From assembly GCA_036497385.1 (NCBI GenBank), contig DASXJO010000978.1:2048-66047 (forward strand): DNA of 64,000 nt. The letters run 5' to 3'. A program made the translations under genes and the position numbers. Below are positions 45,923 through 52,991 of the stretch, piece by piece (position 1 is the stretch's first letter; each line of letters begins with the position of its first letter). The stretch is from Candidatus Angelobacter sp. (lineage in GTDB: Bacteria; Acidobacteriota; Terriglobia; Terriglobales; Acidobacteriaceae). The notes under the pieces were generated by a model that saw only the letters and a program-made list of their open reading frames with translations, was not told the DNA's origin and did not search any database.

Positions 45923-47392
45923 ATGGAAAATACGGGAAGAATCCGGAAGCTTCTGAGTCCCACCGCCCGCAAGATCCTTTTCGGGCGGTCCACCAGTTCG
46001 ATGATTGATGACGAGTTGCCGTTCATTTGCAGCGCCGATTGTGCTCACCTGGTGATGCTTGCCGAATGCGGCATATGCGACCCGCAGTCGACTGCGCGAT
46101 TGCTGCGGGCCATTCAGCGTCTGATGGAAGCAGACTTTGATGTGCTGCGAGGCCGCGATCCTGTGCGCGGCATGTTCCTCTTATATGAGGACTACCTCAT
46201 TGAAACGGAGGGAGCTGAAGTTGGCGGAATCTTGCAAACCGCGCGATCAAGAAACGATTTAAACGCCACAGTGACAAAGATGCGGCTGCGGAAGCCTTAT
46301 ATCCGGCTACTTTCCGAAATCCTGAAATTTGAGGCAATTTTGTTAAGGCGGGTGGAAGCCTATCTTGATGTCGTGATGCCGGCCTACACACATGGCCAGC
46401 CGGCCGCGCCGTCAACCCTGGGGCACTATCTGGCTGGTTTTACGCAAGCCCTCATGCGCGACTTCGATGGCCTTTTGGATGCGGGCAGGAACATCAGCCA
46501 GTCTCCTTTGGGCTCCTGTGCAATCGCGGGCACGTCATTTCCCATTGATACGCGGCGAACTGCCCAATTACTCGGGTTTGATGAAGGACCAGTGAATTCC
46601 GTGGATGCTATCGCTTCTCGCGATCTGGTCCTGCGGATTCTTGCAGCAGCTTCCATTTGCGGCATCACTTTAAGCCGGCTGGCGACCGACCTTCTTGAAT
46701 GGAGCACCGCCGAGTTTGGATTCCTGGATTTGCCGGATGAGTTGGTCGGCTCAAGTTCGGCGATGCCCCAGAAACGGAATCCCTTTCTGCTGGAGCATGT
46801 AAAAGGACGAACCGCCTCTATTCTGGGAGCTTTTGTTGCCTCGGCCTCCGCTATGCGAGGAACGCCCTTCACGAATTCTATTGCTGTTGGGACCGAGGCG
46901 ATAAAGCCGGTTTGGGCGGCCTTGGACGAACTGACGGACAGCGTTGTATTGTTGCGCATTTTTGTAGCCGGACTGCGCCCTAAGCGCGAAGCGATGATGC
47001 AGTGCGCAAAGGCGGGATTTACCGTCGCCACCGAACTGGCGAACAAATTGGTGGCCAGAGCAGGCATGGATTTTCGCAGTGCGCATAGAGCGGTCGGGCA
47101 AGCCATAACCGCCGTGGGCAACAAAGAATCGGGTTCGGTTGAAGCGATTGCCGCCGAAGTGTCGAGTTCAAGGGGCATATCCATTCTGGCTGAAGAGCTT
47201 GAGCCGGCTTTTGTGGCCCAAGCGAGCGTCTCCGGTGGCGGACCTGCACGGTCCTCAGTGGAGACATGCCTTCAGATGCTCAAGCAACGCTGGCTTGAGC
47301 AGAAGGCCCAGAGCCGGTCTTACAAAAGAACGTGGCTGAATGCGGAAGCCCAACTGGAAGATGCCGTCCAGACGCTACGCCAGTGTTCGTAG
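45923..47392 (+). CDS. Argininosuccinate lyase / fumarate-lyase superfamily C-N lyase (489 aa)
   Basis: Motifs: TARSRNDLNATV, HGQPAAPSTLGHYL, and the superfamily signature GSSAMPQKRNPFLLEHVKG. Confidence 0.85.
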   Translation: MENTGRIRKLLSPTARKILFGRSTSSMIDDELPFICSADCAHLVMLAECGICDPQSTARLLRAIQRLMEADFDVLRGRDPVRGMFLLYEDYLIETEGAEVGGILQTARSRNDLNATVTKMRLRKPYIRLLSEILKFEAILLRRVEAYLDVVMPAYTHGQPAAPSTLGHYLAGFTQALMRDFDGLLDAGRNISQSPLGSCAIAGTSFPIDTRRTAQLLGFDEGPVNSVDAIASRDLVLRILAAASICGITLSRLATDLLEWSTAEFGFLDLPDELVGSSSAMPQKRNPFLLEHVKGRTASILGAFVASASAMRGTPFTNSIAVGTEAIKPVWAALDELTDSVVLLRIFVAGLRPKREAMMQCAKAGFTVATELANKLVARAGMDFRSAHRAVGQAITAVGNKESGSVEAIAAEVSSSRGISILAEELEPAFVAQASVSGGGPARSSVETCLQMLKQRWLEQKAQSRSYKRTWLNAEAQLEDAVQTLRQCS

Positions 47393-47482
47393 ATTGAAAT
47401 AGAACGGGCACTGGCCGCTGTAGTAGAGGGTTTCTGCCCGTCGCGCTTTTCGAAGTAAAAATTTAATTGGAGGAACTAAGAC

Positions 47483-48226
47483 ATGACTGAATCTCTCGAG
47501 AAATTATTGGCAAAGATCACCAACCATTCCGCGCTGGAAAACAAATTCTATGATGAGTGGATGTCCAGAAAATTTTCTGTCAATGAACTGGCGATTGTTC
47601 ACAAAAATTATGGTGAATGGGTCAGGTCCTTTCCCGATGCGCTGGCAATTCTTCTGGCCGGCACGCAAGATGTGGAAGCAAAAACGGAATATGCAAAAAC
47701 GCTTTACTCGGAAATGGGATATGGAAATTCCAGCAAGGTGCATTCCGTGCTTCTTAATAACTTTTTCAAAGAGCTGGTCGAGAGAATGGACCCTGCGCAG
47801 GCGGCGGATTGGGAGCGGCTGCATCAAGAAATTTATCTGGCGCCGAGCACCCAAGAATTGGTTCGCGGCGAGCAGGACCTTTATCGCGATCCGGAAATGT
47901 CCTTTGGCGCTCAGCTTGCGCTGGAGTGGCAGGCATATACGATGCTGAGGAAACTGTACGATGGGGCCAGAAATTACATTGAATTTTGGCCGAACCCGGA
48001 TGACTTCCATGAAGCGTGTGAATATTTCTATGCTCATATTGGCGCCACGGAAAAAGAACACAAGCAAGAGTCTCTCAAGGCGGTGAGGCGATACGCTGTC
48101 AACCAGAAAGCCCTGGATAAGATCGTCGAAGGATATGAACTTCACCTGGGCCTGATCGCCCGTTTCTGGCGAGGACTATATGCTGAAATAACCCAACCGA
48201 GTGCGATATCAATGGCAATAGCTTGA
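47483..48226 (+). CDS. Heme-oxygenase-like fold protein (TenA/PqqC/CADD-type, possible di-iron oxidase), 247 aa
   Basis: All-helical protein. NHSALENKFYDEWMSRKFSVNELAIVHKNYGEWVRSFP resembles the N-terminus of PqqC/TenA/CADD-like proteins. Candidate metal ligands sit in E-x-x-H-like spacings (YSEMGYGNSSKVHSVL; LEWQAYTM; FYAHIGATEKEHKQE). Confidence 0.55.
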   Translation: MTESLEKLLAKITNHSALENKFYDEWMSRKFSVNELAIVHKNYGEWVRSFPDALAILLAGTQDVEAKTEYAKTLYSEMGYGNSSKVHSVLLNNFFKELVERMDPAQAADWERLHQEIYLAPSTQELVRGEQDLYRDPEMSFGAQLALEWQAYTMLRKLYDGARNYIEFWPNPDDFHEACEYFYAHIGATEKEHKQESLKAVRRYAVNQKALDKIVEGYELHLGLIARFWRGLYAEITQPSAISMAIA

Positions 48227-48808
48227 GCCAGGCTTTTGATGTTGACTCCATGTGACCGAATCAGCGACGTCCCTGGTCGCCCCTCTGTTCTTGCGGTTGA
48301 AACGGCCATCGAGGAGCAGAAAAAGCTGTTCGTAGGCGATCAAGAATTTGCAACCTGCTGTTTTGGGGGCAACAGCTTGGGCTGCCGGAGCACCGCGGCA
48401 GAGATGAAGGTCCTCTGTTTTTCTCTATGCCGGCGGGTAAGAAAGGGAGACCTTCGCTGCGAGAGGCAATATAAGTTTGACAAAAATACCGGAGTTCATC
48501 GCGGATACTCCCAGACGTGAGCCGCCAAGCCACGAAGGGGAGTACGCGATGGTAGCCTGCCAGGCCTCCAGGCTCCGGTGCAGATTGTGATCGGCATTTG
48601 TGATTGGCGGCGCTCAGATCGTGTATTACGCACGCGATTGCCGTCGCTGTTATCGCTGTATCGCTCGCCCATCCTCGTCCCCATCGACGAAGCTGTGCTC
48701 GATTAGGCGTCGAAGTAGAATTTTGATTTTCTTATACTTCCAGAGTACCTGCCTAGCCTCATCGAGCAAAAAATGCTGAATGCGGGAACGGCTGTAACTG
48801 CTTGAAAA

Positions 48809-48836
48809 GGTTTGGCGTCCCAAACCAACTCTTTTT
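48809..48836. terminator. Candidate bidirectional intrinsic terminator at the operon/island border
   Basis: GGTTTGG-CGTC-CCAAACC (7-bp stem, 4-nt loop). It is followed by AACTCTTTTT on the + strand and preceded by AAAA, which gives a T-run on the - strand. It lies between the end of the + operon and the 3' end of the - strand gene at 48895. Confidence 0.4.
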
Positions 48837-48894
48837 GAACCAAGCGGAGCGACTGACGGTGATTATGCGGCGGTTCGGCAAGACAGGATGAGTG

Positions 48895-49637
48895 TTATTC
48901 CCAACCAGCCTTCATCCTATTCTTTTCAATGTGATACCACTTAATGTGGTGACAGAGCCTATTGCCCAAATCGGTCATCCGTGGCGTGATTACGCCGGTC
49001 GTATTTCTATTTACACGCTTGAAGAAACCGTTCTCTTCAAGATTTCTGTCCGCTAGATCAACCAGTGCAGAAATGGAGTGGCCCATCGACTGCGATATCT
49101 TACGCGTCCATTCGTCATAATTTTCGTTCGTTGGAGTATCTGTTGGCTTCTCCATTTCGTATGTTGCCTTCAAGACCACAAGATCATTCGACGTAAGCTT
49201 TTTGGCCATCTGGAAAAGCTGGTATTCCACAATCCTTCAGCGTCATCAATTTTGATATTGTTGACAGAGAAAAACATCGCTTTTAACGCGTCAAGCCTTT
49301 CCTCATCCGGTGATTCTTCATCAATGATCGTAAACAGATCGACCCAGGTTTTCGCGCCGTCCTTTCTGTCAATGAAGTCCTCAGGTATTCTGCCTTTCTT
49401 GCGAAACTCTTCAATTTCCTGCGCCACCTGCTGGAAGAGTTTTGCTTTGAACGGGGCTTGAACAATACGCCCAACCGACAATGTCCATTCTTTAGGCCCG
49501 CTGGCAAGAAACCTGTCACGATCTCAGCTATTACAGACAGTGGCTGCTCCAAAAATCCGCGACGAGGTCGGCATTGGGAGCTTTGACTATTTCGGCGAAA
49601 TCACGAGGCTTAATGATATGGCTTTCGGTTTCTTTCA
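48895..49637 (-). pseudogene. Degraded gene of unknown function (at least three frame changes)
   Basis: Consecutive coding-looking pieces lie in three minus-strand frames:
- MKETESHIIKPRDFAEIVKAPNADLVADFW (from ATG 49637, stop after 35 codons).
- EQPLSVIAEIVTGFLPAGLK.
- VGRIVQAPFKAKLFQQVAQEIEEFRKKGRIPEDFIDRKDGAKTWVDLFTIIDEESPDEERLDALKAMFFSVNNIKIDDAEGL.
- EYQLFQMAKKLTSNDLVVLKATYEM...HIEKNRMKAGWE-stop (48895). Confidence 0.55.
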
Positions 49638-49710
49638 TGGCTTCGATTTTAAGACACCTAATGATCGTAAAAGATAACACCATTCTGGGTAGATAATCAG
49701 CGTCTTACTA

Positions 49711-49739
49711 TTGCGGTTCGCTGACAATTCGCCTAGAAT
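49711..49739 (+). promoter_or_regulatory. Possible sigma70-like promoter for the sORF/E2-E1/JAB operon
   Basis: TTGCGG (49711-49716), a 17-nt spacer, then TAGAAT (49734-49739). It sits about 8 nt upstream of the GGAGG of the small ORF. This is a consensus-based guess only. Confidence 0.2.
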
Positions 49740-49757
49740 AAATGGCGGAGGTGTTTT

Positions 49758-49874
49758 ATGGCAGACGATAAAAAGAACGAGAACCCTGGCAAAGATGGTG
49801 ATAAAGACAGAGGCAAGGAGCGCGAGCGTGAGAGGGATGATCGTCCACAGCAGCCCGACCGCCGTCATGGATGA
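49758..49874 (+). CDS. Unannotated 38-codon ORF: hyper-charged peptide ending in Gly, translationally coupled to the E2-E1 gene
   Basis: GGAGG (49747-49751) lies 6 nt before the ATG. The product is MADDKKNENPGKDGDKDRGKERERERDDRPQQPDRRHG, with 24 of 38 residues D/E/K/R. Stop TGA 49872-49874 overlaps ATG 49871-49873 of the next gene (ATGA). The ORF is below the size cut-off of the supplied track. Confidence 0.5.
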   Translation: MADDKKNENPGKDGDKDRGKERERERDDRPQQPDRRHG

Positions 49875-51592
49875 ACATCAAGTCACGCTATGGAGAAGCC
49901 CCGCAAATGGCAGAGTATAAAGCGTGGTATCAGCGATACCCGGATATGTTTGAAGAAGAATGCGAAGAAATGCGGAAGCGTAGCTTTTCATTGGATCAAT
50001 CCGCTTTTGCAGAAAAATGCGTAACATTTGCGGGGCCATCCTCAATCGAGCCTGACCTTATATTCAGAGTTGAGTATCCTGATAGCTTTCCTTCCAAACC
50101 ACCACGTGTTTCAACGCCCGAAAATTGGCATATCCTGCCGCGTCATCACAGCCCACACTCACGGGAAATCTGTACCTTTGGTCTGAATCAACACCGGTGG
50201 AGCGCCCATTTTAATGGAACGGCTGCCATTGATGAGGCTGAACATGTCATCCGAGATATGTTACGAGTCAACACAGAGCAAGGTGACCGTGGCGATCTGA
50301 TTGATGATGTTCCTGAGCCGATCACCGTGTCGTATAACTATCAATCTGTGACCTCTATCTTGGTCCCACCTGCAATTGCGAAAATTGCAAAAACAATGGC
50401 AGTTGGTGACACAGCGAATTTCCATATTCTCTTCAAAACGTGGCCACGGATGACGGTCGGGCGAATGCAGCCTGGGCGCGGAGTTGTTTCTGAATTTCGT
50501 TTTGGAAAAACGATTGTGAAATCTGAGGAATTTTTTCTCAACATGGTTGCGGGGGGCATTGATGTTAACGGGCCTATAGTCCGTTTAAATTCTGCGCCGC
50601 CCAATTTCACTTTAGCTACAGAGTTCAATTCGTGGCTCAAAGAAATTGGAATTGACCGACGTGATTGGATGGTGTTTGTTTTTCCTGAGCAGTCTGGTAC
50701 TGCTGATAGTGAGCGCCTAGCCTGGATTGTTTTCCGGTCACGCGGGGATAAATTCGTTGAACCGCTGCGAACGTTTATCGTAGACGATGTGGGCGGGAAT
50801 CCGCGTATACCAAAGCTTCAGGCGCTTGCTGAAAAAAAGGTCGTGCTCGTTGGATGTGGCAGCATGGGATCAAAAATCGCTGTTGCACTAGCGGCGACGG
50901 GAGTTGAATCCTTTGGAATAGTTGATTTCGATTTCATGGAGCCAGCAAACTCGGTTCGGCATGAACTGGGGGTCGAGAGCTTTGGCATTCCCAAACCAAA
51001 CGCATTGCAGCGGCGGTTGATTGAAGCTAATCCCAGGGTTTGGAATAAAGTTGAAGTCAGTGATCTGTTGATCGGACAGACAAAACGAACAGGGAAAGAA
51101 GAGCTGTTCCATGGGATTCTCGCTTCAGCGTCGCTCGTAATAGATTCAACTGGGGATCATGGAGTAAGCCGATTCTTAAATGATCTTTGTTCAGAGCTTA
51201 ATGTTCCACAAATTTATGCCAGCGTAACAAATGGGGCTTGGTCTGGTGAGGTCATCAGAGTCATCCCGAGGCGGACGGCCTGTTGGTTATGTTGGCTGTG
51301 GGAGTATGAAAACCAGCGTCCATCAGGTGAACCAGCACCGGGGCCGGGAGTATTTGCACCCGGTTGCGATCATCCAACGTTCACCGGTACAACTTATGAT
51401 GTCGGCATAGTCGCTAATCTTGCTTCATCGTTGGCAGTGGACACCCTATTAATCGAAGACGAGAATAGAAGTCATTTCAATGGCGACTACTTGCGATGGC
51501 AACTTAAGGATGCGAATGGACTTTTCGTTCCTAAAATTGAAGTTTTGCCGATTCACAAGAGAAATGATTGCAGATTATGCGAAACGCGGTAA
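49871..51592 (+). CDS. E2-like / E1 (ThiF-MoeB) fusion protein, Cap2-like (573 aa)
   Basis: N-terminal UBC-like block: FRVEYPDSFPSKPPRVSTPENWHILPRHHSPHSREICTFGLNQHRW. C-terminal E1 adenylation domain: VVLVGCGSMGSKIAVALAATGVESFGIVDFDFMEPANSVRHELG, LVIDSTGDHG, CWLCW, and APGCDHPTF. Confidence 0.8.
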   Translation: MNIKSRYGEAPQMAEYKAWYQRYPDMFEEECEEMRKRSFSLDQSAFAEKCVTFAGPSSIEPDLIFRVEYPDSFPSKPPRVSTPENWHILPRHHSPHSREICTFGLNQHRWSAHFNGTAAIDEAEHVIRDMLRVNTEQGDRGDLIDDVPEPITVSYNYQSVTSILVPPAIAKIAKTMAVGDTANFHILFKTWPRMTVGRMQPGRGVVSEFRFGKTIVKSEEFFLNMVAGGIDVNGPIVRLNSAPPNFTLATEFNSWLKEIGIDRRDWMVFVFPEQSGTADSERLAWIVFRSRGDKFVEPLRTFIVDDVGGNPRIPKLQALAEKKVVLVGCGSMGSKIAVALAATGVESFGIVDFDFMEPANSVRHELGVESFGIPKPNALQRRLIEANPRVWNKVEVSDLLIGQTKRTGKEELFHGILASASLVIDSTGDHGVSRFLNDLCSELNVPQIYASVTNGAWSGEVIRVIPRRTACWLCWLWEYENQRPSGEPAPGPGVFAPGCDHPTFTGTTYDVGIVANLASSLAVDTLLIEDENRSHFNGDYLRWQLKDANGLFVPKIEVLPIHKRNDCRLCETR

Positions 51593-52047
51593 GTTATCGG
51601 CAAATCCTTTTCCAGAAGAACGTGCTGGACCTTATAAGACGGGAAGTGAAAAAGTCCCCGAATACAGAAACCGGTGGGGCATTGATTGGATACTTAGCTC
51701 AAGATAATTGCGTTATCGTTACGGATGCGTGCGGACCCGGTCCCAGAGCGGAGCTTAAACGGTACAGTGTTCTCATTGATGGAAAATATACTTCTGCTTT
51801 TTGTGACCGCATATTTGAACAGTCTCGCGGAAAGTTGGATTACATCGGTGACTGGCATCGCCATCCAGGATGGTCTTTGCGGTCAAGTTCTCAAGACCTA
51901 ACCGCCATGCATACAATTCGAGATTCTGGGTGTTGCTCCATACCTTACCCCATTACGGCAATTTACCGAAGAAGGCCGGAGAAGATCATTGCGTATGTTT
52001 TCAGTGCTGACCGGTTAAAGCGCGTAAAAATGACGTGGATCGACTAG
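51568..52047 (+). CDS. JAB/MPN+ (JAMM) metalloprotease, Cap3-like (159 aa)
   Basis: NTETGGALIGY provides the catalytic Glu. GDWHRHPGWSLRSSSQDL provides the HxH...S..D JAMM motif. The gene overlaps the E2-E1 gene by 25 nt. Confidence 0.8.
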   Translation: MQIMRNAVSYRQILFQKNVLDLIRREVKKSPNTETGGALIGYLAQDNCVIVTDACGPGPRAELKRYSVLIDGKYTSAFCDRIFEQSRGKLDYIGDWHRHPGWSLRSSSQDLTAMHTIRDSGCCSIPYPITAIYRRRPEKIIAYVFSADRLKRVKMTWID

Positions 52048-52445
52048 CGTGATCGCGGCAGAGTCTGCGTTGAAGCCAAGCGCTCGTTTCGCCTCCTGAA
52101 TCGTAACCTCTCCGTCCCTTATACGTTCCAGCATGGATGAGTCTTTGGCTACGATGCGTTTGCTTCAGGCACGTAACCATGGCTGGCCCCGGTTAACTGA
52201 GCCACATTCTTTGTGGCCTGCCCAAATGAACTTCCACCCAAGTTTGGGTGAATGTCCGTTCTGGCCCCTTGCCGCTCCTTCCAGTAGTGGTAACAGCGCA
52301 AGAGCCGCTGCTGCCCGTTGGCTGGCATCCAGGTCCCTCCGTGTATGCTTCGCTGCTATCCATTGAACCGGCCCGACACTTCCGAATGAGAAATAGAAAT
52401 TTCCCTATTGATAGATAGTGACAAGTAGAAGTATCATGCCTACCC

Positions 52446-52991
52446 ATGAAAGCACGTAAGACGCTGCACACCGTCATGGTTTGCAGTTTTATCATTGCTG
52501 CCTGCTTGCAGACACAGGCAAAGAAAGCCGATTTACCCGATGATATTCTCTCCGCAAAAACTATTACGGTACGGGTGAAGTTTGTTGGAGATGGAACAGT
52601 TACTGACAAGAAGACCAAACGTTGGGGGCAGCCTCCTCGCCATCACGCCTCAGCAGATGAATTGAGAACTTACACCGATTATGCGCGTGCTGAGGTCGAA
52701 GAGGTGTTCACCAGAAAACAGAGATTTCAGGTAGTCTCCGATCCATCCAATGCCGACCTTGTCTGTCTGGTAATCATTTACGCGCCTCACTTATTTGACG
52801 GAAGAGTGAGCGGAGCCTTTTATGAAGTCGTAATGGTCATGAAAGGTGGAACCAGTACGCATTGGGACGGAGCGCCGATATGGATGACAACAGACTTTGA
52901 CTTAGCTCGCAAAAACTATAAGGACAACGTAGCGATACTTCACGACCAGATCGAACAGACTGAAAAAACTAAGCAACGAGGGACGCAATGA
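52446..52991 (+). CDS. Putative lipoprotein / secreted protein (181 aa)
   Basis: Signal peptide with the lipobox-like MVCSFIIAAC. Paralogous to the N-terminal domain of the next gene (RFQVVSDPSNADLVCLV...VMVMKGGTSTHWDGAPIWMT). Confidence 0.55.
   Translation: MKARKTLHTVMVCSFIIAACLQTQAKKADLPDDILSAKTITVRVKFVGDGTVTDKKTKRWGQPPRHHASADELRTYTDYARAEVEEVFTRKQRFQVVSDPSNADLVCLVIIYAPHLFDGRVSGAFYEVVMVMKGGTSTHWDGAPIWMTTDFDLARKNYKDNVAILHDQIEQTEKTKQRGTQ

Noticed and set aside
49635-49868. 77-aa hydrophobic minus-strand ORF (MTAVGLLWTIIPLTLALLASVF...) opposite the charged small ORF.
   Set aside because: It has no Shine-Dalgarno sequence before its ATG. Hydrophobic antisense frames are the expected mirror of Lys/Arg/Asp/Glu-rich codons. 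The + strand sORF has a perfect GGAGG and ATGA coupling. Only expression data can settle it completely.
49871-52047. Calling this a type II CBASS system.
   Set aside because: Only the Cap2-like and Cap3-like genes are present. I could find no CD-NTase (no GS...DxD nucleotidyltransferase ORF) and no known effector type nearby, so the CBASS label is not justified.
52048-52445. Possible gene remnant on the minus strand between the JAB gene and the lipoprotein gene. Pieces such as QATKNVAQLTGASHGYVPEANA and AKDSSMLERIRDGEVTIQEAKRALGF are reminiscent of a ParB/HTH-type protein.
   Set aside because: It is spread over at least two frames, is short, and has no start codon. I cannot assign a family by eye, so the support is too weak to list as a feature.
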